From an uncultured Candidatus Saccharibacteria bacterium (GTDB taxonomy: Bacteria > Patescibacteriota > Minisyncoccia > Minisyncoccales > Staskawiczbacteraceae): a stretch of 64,000 nucleotides of DNA. Shown here one piece after another: positions 43,534-52,020 of the stretch (positions are counted from its first letter, which is position 1; every line of letters begins with the position of its first letter). Both the position numbers and the translations under genes were made by a program. The notes under the pieces are model-generated. The model searched no databases, was not told the origin of the DNA, and was given only the letters and a program-made list of their open reading frames with translations. The stretch lies in NCBI GenBank assembly GCA_964475855.1, contig CAYZAV010000001.1, positions 211,987-275,986 on the forward strand. The letters are read 5' to 3'.

Positions 43534-44244
43534 ATGGAAATTCCGGTGATTTATGAAGATAGCGATGTGCTAGTAGTAGACAAGCCGGCGGGAATTATTG
43601 TGTTTCATGAAACAGTAAACATGAAACACGAAACAGAAAAAACACTTCTTGAGTATCTTTTAGAAAAATATCCGGAATTAAAAAACGTGGGCGAAGCGCC
43701 GCGATACGGGGCTGTGCATCGGCTTGACAAAGATACTTCGGGGTTGTTTTTGATGGCAAAGACGTCGGAGGCCTTGATTTTTCTGCAAAAACAGTTTAAA
43801 AATAGAGAGGTAGGGAAAAAGTACCTTGCATTGGCTACTGGGGATATAAAAGGGGATTCTGGCACGATAGATGCCCCTATTGGGCGTTCGCCAATGGATC
43901 CACGAAAACAGAGGGCCTATAGCCTGACCGAAACCACCCCGCCAAGCGTACGAGACGCGGTTACAAAATATAAGGTTTTGGAGCGACTTGGACAATATAC
44001 GCTTTTGGAGATACAAATAGAAACCGGACGAAAACATCAGATCCGTTGCCACTTGGCATTTATCCATCATCCCGTTGCCAAAGATACCATGTATGGGTTT
44101 AAAGATTCACCAACGCCAAAAGGGCTGGATCGTCAATTCTTACATGCGCATTACATAAAAATCCAATTGCCAAACGGCACAATCAAAGAACTGCACTCTG
44201 ATTTGCCACAAGATTTGGCGCAAGTATTAAAAAATTTAATATGA
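43534..44244 (+). CDS. RluA-family pseudouridine synthase
   Basis: [16 protein letters not shown] and [11 protein letters not shown] motifs. No S4 domain. Confidence 0.85.
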   Translation: MEIPVIYEDSDVLVVDKPAGIIVFHETVNMKHETEKTLLEYLLEKYPELKNVGEAPRYGAVHRLDKDTSGLFLMAKTSEALIFLQKQFKNREVGKKYLALATGDIKGDSGTIDAPIGRSPMDPRKQRAYSLTETTPPSVRDAVTKYKVLERLGQYTLLEIQIETGRKHQIRCHLAFIHHPVAKDTMYGFKDSPTPKGLDRQFLHAHYIKIQLPNGTIKELHSDLPQDLAQVLKNLI

Positions 44245-44714
44245 TTACCAATACCGAAAAATTCAATACATCAAACTTGGCCGCAAATATGCCTGACATA
44301 AAACCCGGTGACACGGTTAAGGTGCACCAAAAAATTAAGGAAGGAGGCAAGGAGCGTCTTCAGATTTTTGAAGGAGTGGTCATTGCCCGCAAACACGGAC
44401 AGGGCGTTTCTAGTACTATTACCGTGCGCAAAGTGGTAGAGCAAGTGGGAGTAGAACGCATTTTCCCGGTGCATGCTCCATTTATTTCCAAGATTGAAGT
44501 GATAAAATCGGGTAAAGTACGCCGATCAAAACTGTACTTCTTGCGTATCGCCAAGGGAAAGAAGGCTAAACTAAAGAAAAAGGATTTTGCCGTTGCCATT
44601 GCTCCCGCCGCCGACGAAATCTCCGACGAGGTAAAACCAGAAGTAACTGAGATTGCGCCCGAACCGGAAGTCGTACAAAAAGCTGAAACCGCGCCCACTG
44701 ACAAGCAGGCATAA
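44241..44714 (+). CDS. rplS: 50S ribosomal protein L19 with a C-terminal charged/Ala-Pro-rich extension
   Basis: [33 protein letters not shown]...[17 protein letters not shown]. Confidence 0.9.
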   Translation: MITNTEKFNTSNLAANMPDIKPGDTVKVHQKIKEGGKERLQIFEGVVIARKHGQGVSSTITVRKVVEQVGVERIFPVHAPFISKIEVIKSGKVRRSKLYFLRIAKGKKAKLKKKDFAVAIAPAADEISDEVKPEVTEIAPEPEVVQKAETAPTDKQA

Positions 44715-44764
44715 ATACGATAGAATAAAAGGGAGCTCTCTTACGGTTCCCTTTTAGTTTTCCC

Positions 44765-44847
44765 GCGCGGGTGGCGAAACGGCAGACGCACTACCTTGAG
44801 GTGGTAGCGCTCGAAAGGGCATGCAGGTTCGACTCCTGTCCCGCGCA
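44765..44847 (+). tRNA. tRNA-Leu(GAG)
   Basis: GCGCGGG...ctacc-TTGAGGT-ggtag, long variable arm, gcagg-TTCGACT-cctgt, CCCGCGC A. Confidence 0.88.
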
Positions 44848-44877
44848 CAATAGGAAGGAGACGAACCAAATCCACGT

Positions 44878-44950
44878 GGACGCTTAGCTCAGCGGTTAGA
44901 GCATTCCGTTTACACCGGAAGGGTCGGGGGTTCGAATCCCTCAGCGTCCA
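44878..44950 (+). tRNA. tRNA-Val(UAC)
   Basis: GGACGCT TA GCTC AGCGGTTA GAGC A ttccg-TTTACAC-cggaa...ggggg-TTCGAAT-ccctc AGCGTCC A. Confidence 0.9.
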
Positions 44951-44987
44951 CATCAATAAATTTCAAATTTAAAATTTATTGAGCTAC

Positions 44988-45059
44988 GCCGTGGTAGCTC
45001 ATTGGTAGAGCAGACGCCTGAAGAGCGCCTGGTAGGGAGTTCGATTCTCCCCCGCGGCA
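44988..45059 (+). tRNA. tRNA-Phe(GAA)
   Basis: GCCGTGG TA GCTC ATTGGTA GAGC, anticodon loop CTGAAGA (one A-C mismatch in the stem), gggag-TTCGATT-ctccc CCGCGGC A. Confidence 0.8.
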
Positions 45060-45078
45060 CAGGAAAGAAATACGAGGC

Positions 45079-45152
45079 AAGACGTAATAATTTTTTAAGA
45101 AAAAATTAAACGTCTTAGCAACGTAAAATTTCTTCAGAAATTTGTATGTTGC
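45079..45152 (+). repeat. tRNA-associated double-hairpin element, copy 3
   Basis: aagacgtaataatttttt-aag-aaaaaattaaacgtctt plus gcaacgtaaaatttc-ttca-gaaatttgtatgttgc. Stem changes relative to copies 1 and 2 are compensatory. Confidence 0.7.
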
Positions 45153-45221
45153 GGGTATAGCACAATGGTAGTGCATTTGGTTGCCAATCAAAGTACAGGG
45201 GTTCGATTCCCCTTACCCGCT
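45151..45221 (+). tRNA. tRNA-Gly(GCC)
   Basis: GCGGGTA TA GCAC AATGGTA GTGC A tttgg-TTGCCAA-tcaaa...agggg-TTCGATT-cccct TACCCGC T. Confidence 0.9.
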
Positions 45222-45312
45222 CACTATAGTTTTGAAGCTAAATTTTGTATACTGGCAAGTAGAATTAGAACCGACGGTCGCCTTTATGGCGATTTTTTGG
45301 TAAAATTAGTTT

Positions 45313-45897
45313 ATGGAAAAACTTAACAACAGATATTTTATTATCCGTCACGGAGAAAGTAAGGCAAACGTGGCACATATTCTTTTAAGTCATCCAAAAG
45401 AAGGCACGGTTAGTTTTGGGTTGTCGCCAAAAGGAAAAAAACAAGTTAGGATTTCTGTTTCAAAAAGTAAGAAAGAAAAACTACTGGACTCTGATACTAT
45501 TATCTACGCCTCTGATTTTTTAAGAGCCAGGGAAACCGCAGAAATCGCCAGAAAGCTACTTGGCATTAGGAAAATTAACTTTCATAAAAAACTGCGAGAA
45601 AGGTATTTTGGTAAATTTGATAAGACTTCTTTGGATAATATAAAAATAGCTTGGGCACACGATGAGAAAAACCCTAACCATAAACACCAAGGCGTTGAAA
45701 GTCCTAGCAAAGTCCTCAGAAGAACCCTTGCCGTTATTACTGAATTAGATAAAAAATACAAAGGCAAGAAGATTCTTCTTGTTTCTCATGGAGATGTTTT
45801 GCAAATTCTACATACCCACGTTTCGGGCAAGATGGTAAACCATCATCGGCTCATTCCTCACCTTGAGACTGCCGAAATTAGGGAGCTTGCTTTTTAA
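45313..45897 (+). CDS. Histidine phosphatase family protein (phosphoglycerate-mutase-like)
   Basis: YFIIRHGESKAN (RHG motif) and LLVSHGDVL. Confidence 0.8.
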   Translation: MEKLNNRYFIIRHGESKANVAHILLSHPKEGTVSFGLSPKGKKQVRISVSKSKKEKLLDSDTIIYASDFLRARETAEIARKLLGIRKINFHKKLRERYFGKFDKTSLDNIKIAWAHDEKNPNHKHQGVESPSKVLRRTLAVITELDKKYKGKKILLVSHGDVLQILHTHVSGKMVNHHRLIPHLETAEIRELAF

Positions 45898-45955
45898 TTT
45901 ATATTGTGTTACTATAATCGTATTCGCTCTTTTCCAATTTAACAAGGAGTTAATC

Positions 45956-46492
45956 ATGGCTACCGAACCGCCGAGTCAGGAAAATGCCCGGGACGAGTAC
46001 AAGTTGGTCTTTGAAGGGTATAAATTCTTCGTGAGCATCCGCTTCATCGTCGCCGCCTTCGCAATGAGCATTCAGTCAGCACTGCTTACCATCTTCAATC
46101 AAGCCGTGAAGGAAAATCACCTGAATGGCTCTGCGATCTTTGGTTTAGCGATGCTGTTTTTATCAGCTTTGCTCATCATAGAATTGCGAACAACCATCCT
46201 CTTTAGTAGTCTGTTGAATCGAGGCAGTGAATTAGAGCTCCAATTAGGGAATATCCACGGCTTCTTTCATCGGATTGCCGAACTTTCCCGTCAAAAGGGA
46301 TTGCGTCAATTTATCACGCATACTTGGGGCATCAGACTCGTGTATGCAGGAATGTTTATCCTGTGGGTTATGTTGCTCGTTGTAACAGTAACCAAGAAAC
46401 CAGAATCCGCAATCACACCCGTACCGGTACCTGAGCCAAAAAAGGAGAAAGTTGATGTCACAAGAGCCTATCAATTCCAATCCGCCGCCTGA
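45956..46492 (+). CDS. Polytopic membrane protein, unknown function
   Basis: ATG at 45956 with an AAGGAG RBS (the track start at 45863 is unlikely). 178 aa with about 4 TM helices. Confidence 0.6.
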   Translation: MATEPPSQENARDEYKLVFEGYKFFVSIRFIVAAFAMSIQSALLTIFNQAVKENHLNGSAIFGLAMLFLSALLIIELRTTILFSSLLNRGSELELQLGNIHGFFHRIAELSRQKGLRQFITHTWGIRLVYAGMFILWVMLLVVTVTKKPESAITPVPVPEPKKEKVDVTRAYQFQSAA

Positions 46493-46628
46493 ACTTGAGG
46501 CATACTCTGCCTATCTCAAGCGACAGGAGAAAATTGCCAATTGGTTTTATGGCACCCTAATCGTTGGCTGTTTCTTGGCGATCATTGTCGCAGGTGTTAT
46601 GTGGATCAGGGGACTGATCACGCAGTAG
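46455..46628 (+). CDS. Small single-TM protein (57 aa, below the ORF-track cutoff)
   Basis: AAAGGAGA RBS at 46441. MSQEPINSNPPPELEAYSAYLKRQEKIANWFYGTLIVGCFLAIIVAGVMWIRGLITQ*. Overlaps the preceding gene's end, and a terminator follows. Confidence 0.5.
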   Translation: MSQEPINSNPPPELEAYSAYLKRQEKIANWFYGTLIVGCFLAIIVAGVMWIRGLITQ

Positions 46629-46643
46629 GAAGGAAAAACATCC

Positions 46644-46676
46644 AAAAACAGAGCGAAGCTAGCCACTTCGCTTTTT
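46644..46676 (+). terminator. Rho-independent terminator (copy 1 of a duplicated 33-nt terminator)
   Basis: aaaaacag-agcgaag-ctagcca-cttcgct-tttt. Confidence 0.75.
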
Positions 46677-46726
46677 CTTTGAAAGTAAGCTACACTAACG
46701 CCATAGTCCCAAGAGGAGATTCTACT

Positions 46727-47263
46727 ATGTTTGACCCAAAAAACAGCAAAACCGTGGGCTATCATCTATTCTTCCTTCCCGAAGGAAAACTCTTTGATGG
46801 TCTGCAAAGCACCATCAACGCCCTCGCCGACAAATATGGCAGCGTGAAGTTTGAGCCGCATCTCACTTTACTAGCAAGGATTCCCAAATCCGACGAAGCC
46901 GAACTGATTGCCAAGACCGAGAAACTCGCCAGTACGATGTCGCCGTTTGAAGTTGAACCAAGGGAGGTTTGTGCCGAAGACGCTTACTTTCGTGCCCTGT
47001 ACTGCAAAGCGGAACCTAACCCCACGATGGAAGAATACCATCAGAAAGCACTAGAAGTATTTGGCGTGCAAGATGTGAATGTTTATATGCCTCATCTGAG
47101 CTTGTACTACGGCAATGTCCCGCAATCTACCAAGGACGAAATGATTGCATCGCTTTCACTGTCAGCTAGCATGAAGTTTCTGGTAGATAAGGTTTACCTT
47201 TATCGTACCGAGGGCGAAGCCCAAGACTGGGTACAGGTCGGAGCCTATCCGCTGGGGATGTAA
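46727..47263 (+). CDS. 2H phosphoesterase superfamily protein (cyclic phosphodiesterase / 2'-5' RNA ligase-like)
   Basis: ATG at 46727 with a GAGGAG RBS. Two HxT/S motifs (EPHLTLL and MPHLSLYY). Confidence 0.7.
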   Translation: MFDPKNSKTVGYHLFFLPEGKLFDGLQSTINALADKYGSVKFEPHLTLLARIPKSDEAELIAKTEKLASTMSPFEVEPREVCAEDAYFRALYCKAEPNPTMEEYHQKALEVFGVQDVNVYMPHLSLYYGNVPQSTKDEMIASLSLSASMKFLVDKVYLYRTEGEAQDWVQVGAYPLGM

Positions 47264-47274
47264 ATTCACAAAGC

Positions 47275-47310
47275 AAAAAAACAGAGCGAAGCTAATTACT
47301 TCGCTTTTTT
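47275..47310 (+). terminator. Rho-independent terminator (copy 2 of the duplicated terminator)
   Basis: aaaaaacag-agcgaag-ctaatta-cttcgct-ttttt. About 30/33 identical to 46644-46676. Confidence 0.75.
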
Positions 47311-47484
47311 GTTGGAAAACAATAGTGAGTGAAGGAGTGGGTTAATTGATTTTCGCCTTCTCCAGTGATAGACTGGGAATAAAGAAACGGTCAGTTTCAG
47401 CTTACCACTAGTTTTTAGCGTCATCCATTATCCCGCTCAAAGAAAATCGCCCTAAAAAGGCGGTTTTTTGATGTCCTTGACGCC

Positions 47485-47493
47485 TGTGGATAA
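47485..47493 (-). promoter_or_regulatory. Perfect DnaA-box 9-mer (minus orientation) upstream of the 3D-domain gene
   Basis: tgtggataa lies about 17 nt upstream of TTGACA-N17-TAATAT. Confidence 0.4.
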
Positions 47494-47596
47494 ACATGGG
47501 ATAACTATTGACAAAGGTGCTTGAATATGCTAATATTAGGGTATGCTGCTGAAGGGCGGTTTTTTAGTAAAACAACCCTAAACCAGCGTAATCTAT

Positions 47597-48085
47597 ATGA
47601 ATAAAAAACCATTATTTAAGGCTCTTGCTACAGGGTTTGTTGCGGGAATCATATTGTATGGTATTTTGGCCCCGCAGGTAATAACCGCTGACGTGAATAA
47701 TTCAAGTTCAGCGTTGAGCACGGCTACATTGGTAAAAGATGGCCGCTTAACCATTTGCAAGCTGGATAAATCTAACTACGAAGTGGTCAAAACCATCAAA
47801 ATGACCATCACGGCGTACTCAAGCACGGTTGATCAAACTGATGATACTCCCTTCCTTACCGCCTCACAAAAACAGGTGGCAGACGGGATTATCGCCATCA
47901 ACGGCTTGCCGTTTGGAACTAAGGTGAGGATTCCTTCTTTGTACGGTGAAAAAATCTTTACCGTGGAAGATAGGATGAATTCACGCTATGGCAAACTCAA
48001 ACGTGCTGACATTTGGTTTGAAAGCACGCAAGACGCGATTAAGTTCGGAGCTAAATTTGCTCATATCGAGATTTTGGAAAGCTAA
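47597..48085 (+). CDS. 3D (Asp-Asp-Asp) domain protein, RlpA/MltA-like cell-wall-binding or lytic
   Basis: Signal anchor. MTITAYSSTVDQTDDTPFLTAS...GTKVRIP...FTVEDRMNSRY...DIWF. Confidence 0.7.
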   Translation: MNKKPLFKALATGFVAGIILYGILAPQVITADVNNSSSALSTATLVKDGRLTICKLDKSNYEVVKTIKMTITAYSSTVDQTDDTPFLTASQKQVADGIIAINGLPFGTKVRIPSLYGEKIFTVEDRMNSRYGKLKRADIWFESTQDAIKFGAKFAHIEILES

Positions 48086-48091
48086 TTAATC

Positions 48092-48124
48092 AAAAAGCCC
48101 CTGATATAAAATCGGGGGCTTTTT
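48092..48124. terminator. Bidirectional terminator between convergent genes
   Basis: aaaaa-gcccc-tgatataaaatc-ggggc-tttt. Confidence 0.65.
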
Positions 48125-48136
48125 GCATCTACAAAA

Positions 48137-48598
48137 CTATATCTTCGTATTTTCTCCCTTTCTGATAGCCATATACGCCATTACCGCCACAATCAAAGAA
48201 AATAGCGAAGCAATGACATAATTTCCGATGTCAGCCATAGCATATGCCCAAGCCTCGTTATAATGCATCACTTCTTGTTTGGATGCATCTTCTTGGCATT
48301 TGGTTGCAATTTCTTGGTTATACTTTTCCTGTTCCTGGTTATATTTATCCCAAGCTGCTTTGTCTTCAGGAGTAATCATCATGCCTCCGCTGGTTTGCGG
48401 ATAGAGCGGTGCTTGCAAGCAATAGGCACTATACGTTCCATAAGAATTACTGCCGTAATATGTTTCATAGCCTCCATTCATGGCTTTTGCCGTCGAGGTA
48501 GCTAGTCCAGCCACGGACCAGAAGGTATAATACAAAGCCACGCCGAAAATAATCCATAGCGCTACCAATCTGATTACTACGCGAATTTCACTTTTCAT
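48137..48598 (-). CDS. Membrane protein, unknown function
   Basis: 153-aa ORF with N- and C-terminal TM helices. Confidence 0.55.
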   Translation of the reverse strand: MKSEIRVVIRLVALWIIFGVALYYTFWSVAGLATSTAKAMNGGYETYYGSNSYGTYSAYCLQAPLYPQTSGGMMITPEDKAAWDKYNQEQEKYNQEIATKCQEDASKQEVMHYNEAWAYAMADIGNYVIASLFSLIVAVMAYMAIRKGENTKI

Positions 48599-48660
48599 TA
48601 TGATGTTAAAATAATAATTAATTCACGACCTTTAACTGAACCGATGACAACTTCTGAAAG

Positions 48661-49038
48661 CTATATGGATGGTGTCTCTATAGTGGATGCGTCCCTAGTG
48701 GTCATGAAAGCTGAAATCATCAATCCCAACAACAAACCGCCCAAAATAGCTAATAGACCGCTAGATAATGCCAAGATAACATACCAGAAGTTTTTATACA
48801 GTTTTTTCTGTATTAAAACAATAAAAGAAATTATTAAGGAATATACTACAGCCACCATAGCTCCTATTCCCATGCCTGCATCAAAACCTTCACTAAATGT
48901 GATTGTCTCTGATGATATGCTAGATAATCCGCCAGCGATACCGCTTAGAATTAAACCAACAAGGAAATATGCTAAATAAAATCCTACTGCCTCTTTCCAA
49001 TTTCTCTTGTACGAAAAATCAGTTAATTTTTTGAACAT
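48661..49038 (-). CDS. Polytopic small membrane protein, unknown function
   Basis: 125-aa ORF with 3-4 TM helices. Confidence 0.55.
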   Translation of the reverse strand: MFKKLTDFSYKRNWKEAVGFYLAYFLVGLILSGIAGGLSSISSETITFSEGFDAGMGIGAMVAVVYSLIISFIVLIQKKLYKNFWYVILALSSGLLAILGGLLLGLMISAFMTTRDASTIETPSI

Positions 49039-49106
49039 ATGTTTACGTAAATTATAATATTAATTGTATTAAATGAAAAGAATGATTAAAAAAATTCTTT
49101 CCCAAC

Positions 49107-49192
49107 TGGTGCCCAGGGCGGGAGTCGAACCCACATGAGATTACTCTCAGAGGATTTTAAGTCCTCCGTGTATACCATTCCACCACCTGGGC
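49107..49192 (-). tRNA. tRNA-Leu(UAA), CCA encoded
   Basis: Reverse complement GCCCAGG TG GTG GAATGGTATA CAC G gagga-CTTAAAA-tcctc, long variable arm, gtggg-TTCGACT-cccgc CCTGGGC A CCA. Confidence 0.9.
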
Positions 49193-49202
49193 GTAATCTT
49201 TG

Positions 49203-49274
49203 AGGCGCCGGTGGGAATCGCACCCACGTATAAGGGATTTGCAGTCCCTTGCATTACTACTTTGCTACGGCGCC
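49203..49274 (-). tRNA. tRNA-Cys(GCA) with atypical D- and T-loops
   Basis: Reverse complement GGCGCCG TA GCAA AGTAGTA ATGC A aggga-CTGCAAA-tccct tatac gtggg-TGCGATT-cccac CGGCGCC T. Confidence 0.75.
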
Positions 49275-49508
49275 ATATTTTACCTTTAATAATTCTTTTT
49301 GCTGGCCGGTTTTAAAAAATCTTTCCATTTTCATAGCCTCACTCCTTGTATCATAAGGCTCGAATCCCATCAACTGCCATGGTCTGTAAAACTGTGTTGA
49401 TTTTACTTTTCCTGTATTATGAAGGCTTACTCTTTTTCCTACATCCTCCGTAGAGCCAACATACAGATCATTATTCTTTTGACTTTTAAGAAAGTAAACG
49501 TAGAACAT
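49257..49508 (-). CDS. Small GIY-YIG nuclease family protein whose last 18 nt overlap the 5' end of tRNA-Cys
   Basis: MFYVYFLKSQKNNDLYVGSTEDVGKRVSLHN. ATG at 49508 is preferred over the track start at 49541, which runs through two hairpins. Confidence 0.8.
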   Translation of the reverse strand: MFYVYFLKSQKNNDLYVGSTEDVGKRVSLHNTGKVKSTQFYRPWQLMGFEPYDTRSEAMKMERFFKTGQQKELLKVKYGAVAK

Positions 49509-49558
49509 TGCTACTTTGTCTCCCTTCGGGAGATGTCCCATAGGGACACTACGGCGTC
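49506..49558 (-). repeat. Partial duplicate of tRNA-Cys positions 1-23, interrupted by a 30-nt two-hairpin insert
   Basis: ctacggcgtc (49549-58) versus ctacggcgcc (49265-74) gives 9/10. cattgctactttg (49506-18) versus cattactactttg (49252-64) gives 12/13. The insert is tctccc-ttcg-ggaga plus tgtccc-ata-gggaca. Confidence 0.7.
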
Positions 49559-49562
49559 ACGC

Positions 49563-49910
49563 TTATTCTTTTATATCAGTTTCTTTTATCTTTTCCAACA
49601 GCTCTTCAACCCGAGCGGCTTCTTTTATTTTTTCATCAGTTACGAATTTAATCCGCGGTACCGGCCGCATGTTTAGCCGTTTGTTAATCTTGTTTTGCAC
49701 ATCAGCCACACCTTTATTGAGCGTATTCACCACCGCGTCTGTTTTATCTTCCGGCATGACCGAAATATACACTCTGGCTTCAATTAAATTGGCCGTAGCA
49801 TCCACGTGTGTCAGGGTCACCAAACAATCAGCAAAATGAAAATTCCTGGCAATAATAGTGCCAATTTCTCGTTCTAATAAGGAATTTACTTTATTCAGAC
49901 GTTCTGTCAT
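49563..49910 (-). CDS. rbfA: Ribosome-binding factor A
   Basis: MTERLNKVNSLLEREIGTII...VTLTHVDATANLIEARVYISV. ATG at 49910; the track start at 50006 would overlap infB. Confidence 0.85.
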   Translation of the reverse strand: MTERLNKVNSLLEREIGTIIARNFHFADCLVTLTHVDATANLIEARVYISVMPEDKTDAVVNTLNKGVADVQNKINKRLNMRPVPRIKFVTDEKIKEAARVEELLEKIKETDIKE

Positions 49911-49929
49911 TAGGTTAATTAGAATAATT

Positions 49930-51612
49930 CTAAAGTACTCCTTTCTGTCGCTCTTCCACCCAGGCCACCAGAATGTCACCCTGCTCAACTTTCGCATTGC
50001 CTTCAAACAAAATACCGCACTCGTCGCCTTTTTTTAATAAATCCATATCTTTTTTGTCGCGCTGCAGATTGATAATACGCCCGCTGCCTACTTTTTCGGC
50101 GCCACGTGTCACGTCTAGCTTTAGCCCTTTTTTGATTTCTCCTTCGGTGATTTTACCGCCCACAATTTGGCGGTTTTTTTCTCCAAAAAAGATAACCAGG
50201 GCCTTAATTTTCCCCACGTCCCGCCGTGCCACCTCCACATCCAATGATTTCTCCATGCCATTGCGGGCTTCCTGGATCAGTTCGTAAATAATAGTAAAAG
50301 TTTTAATGCGCACCTTTTTTTGTTCATCTTTTCTAAGCAGTGCCAGCACGCCGGGGTTGATTTTCACCCGAAAGCCAATAATTTGGGCGCGGGACATTTC
50401 CGCCAGTTTGACATCGCTTTCGTTAATATCGCCCACTTCGCTTTTTAAAATCCGTAAATTTACCTGGTCCTGGGGCAAACTTTTCAGCATGCCCTCAATA
50501 GCTTCCAGGGAACCAAACACATCGCCTTTGAGCACAATATTGACCACTTTTTTGGTTGGATCACTTTCCAGTACATTGTAATTGATTTTGCGTTTTGAAG
50601 CTTCGCCTTGTAGTTTGGTGGCGGCCAGCTCTGCGTTGGCAAAACTTTTGAATTTTTCTCCAACTGAAGGTACATTGGTAAATCCAAGCACAATGGCGGG
50701 CGACCCGGGAAACACCTCTTCTACGGGATGTCCTTGGAAATTTTCCAGTTGTCGCACCTTGGCCATGGCTAAATCCGTGGCAATAATATCTTTTTTACGC
50801 AATACGCCCTTTTCCACAATCACCGTGGCTACCGGGCCCTTTAAACTGTCCATGTAAGACTCAATCACCAGTCCTTCGGCGGGTACCGTAATATCTGTCG
50901 AAAAATCTTGCATTTCGGCCACCAGTAAAATCATTTCCAGTAATTCATCAATGCCTGTTTTTTCTTTGGCCGAAACTTCAACGCTGGGCACTTCGCCCCC
51001 CATGCTTTCCACATACACCTCAATTTTAGAAAGTTCGTTCTTGATTTTCTGCGGGTCAGCCGTTGGCAAGTCTATTTTGTTAAGCACCACAATCATGGGT
51101 ATCTCTGCCTTTTTAATGGCCATAATGGCTTCCTTGGTTTGTGGTTGCACACTTTGAGCCGCATCCACCACCAACAGGGCAATATCAGCCACCAGCGCCC
51201 CCCGCAGCCTCATAGCCGAAAACGCCTCGTGGCCTGGGGTATCAATAAAGGTAATTTTGCTTACCTGCCCTGAGCTTGTCGAAGGGTGCGACACTTCATA
51301 CGCGCCGATGTGCTGGGTGATACCCCCCGACTCCTTGGCCGTGATTTTAAAATCTTTAATGGCTTCCAATAAGCTAGATTTCCCATGGTCCACGTGCCCC
51401 AAAACCACCACCACTGGAGGGCGTTTGAAAACGGGCTTTGGCGTCGCACTAGCTTCTGGCTTGGCTGATTCAATGATTACTTCTGGTGCTTTTATGATTA
51501 TTTCCGTAACAGGCAAAACAGCCTCAACTTTCTTGGGCTTCTTCGGTTTAACTTCTTTTGGTTTTTTTACTGCCTTGGGCTTGGTTGCCGCTGGCGATTT
51601 TTTCGTTGCCAT
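49930..51612 (-). CDS. infB: Translation initiation factor IF-2 (short N-terminus) with a repeat-derived in-frame insertion in the G domain
   Basis: PVVVVLGHVDHGKSSLL (G1), DTPGHEAF (G3), NKID (G4). The insertion SHPSTSSGQVSK lies between GGITQHIGAYEV and ITFIDTPGH. Confidence 0.93.
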   Translation of the reverse strand: MATKKSPAATKPKAVKKPKEVKPKKPKKVEAVLPVTEIIIKAPEVIIESAKPEASATPKPVFKRPPVVVVLGHVDHGKSSLLEAIKDFKITAKESGGITQHIGAYEVSHPSTSSGQVSKITFIDTPGHEAFSAMRLRGALVADIALLVVDAAQSVQPQTKEAIMAIKKAEIPMIVVLNKIDLPTADPQKIKNELSKIEVYVESMGGEVPSVEVSAKEKTGIDELLEMILLVAEMQDFSTDITVPAEGLVIESYMDSLKGPVATVIVEKGVLRKKDIIATDLAMAKVRQLENFQGHPVEEVFPGSPAIVLGFTNVPSVGEKFKSFANAELAATKLQGEASKRKINYNVLESDPTKKVVNIVLKGDVFGSLEAIEGMLKSLPQDQVNLRILKSEVGDINESDVKLAEMSRAQIIGFRVKINPGVLALLRKDEQKKVRIKTFTIIYELIQEARNGMEKSLDVEVARRDVGKIKALVIFFGEKNRQIVGGKITEGEIKKGLKLDVTRGAEKVGSGRIINLQRDKKDMDLLKKGDECGILFEGNAKVEQGDILVAWVEERQKGVL

Positions 51613-51643
51613 GGCAGTATCTTACCCTACTTTAAGCTTAAAT

Positions 51644-51943
51644 TCAACGCTGGACGCATAACCGTTCAATTTCGCGCGCCACCAAAATATCCTTGTCTGT
51701 CACTTTTCCGCCTACATCAAAACGTTGCAACTCAAACAACACCTTGCTGTAAAAAATATGGATATCGGGATGGTGGTCATTAGCTTCGCAAAATGGAGCC
51801 AAAGCATTCACAAACCCCAGCGAACCCATGAAATCCTTAAACTTAAATTCCTTTGCAATTTTATCGTTGTCATACTTCCAGCCACTCAAAGTTTTCAATT
51901 CTTCCTCAATTTGCCCTTTGGTTAAAATATTACTGTTTTTCAT
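51644..51943 (-). CDS. 4a-hydroxytetrahydrobiopterin dehydratase (PCD/DCoH family)
   Basis: GW.....I.KEFKFKDF...A..F...A....E..DHHPDI. Confidence 0.8.
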   Translation of the reverse strand: MKNSNILTKGQIEEELKTLSGWKYDNDKIAKEFKFKDFMGSLGFVNALAPFCEANDHHPDIHIFYSKVLFELQRFDVGGKVTDKDILVAREIERLCVQR

Positions 51944-52020
51944 TGGTTCTTATTTGTTTTTTATATCGCCCAGGCCAGCAAACCGGGCACACCGGCCGTT
52001 CACTGCTTTTGTATTCATCT

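Noticed and set aside
44741-45191. Two 71-aa minus-strand ORFs across the tRNA-Leu/Val/Phe/Gly cluster
   Set aside because: They are read through four well-formed tRNA genes.
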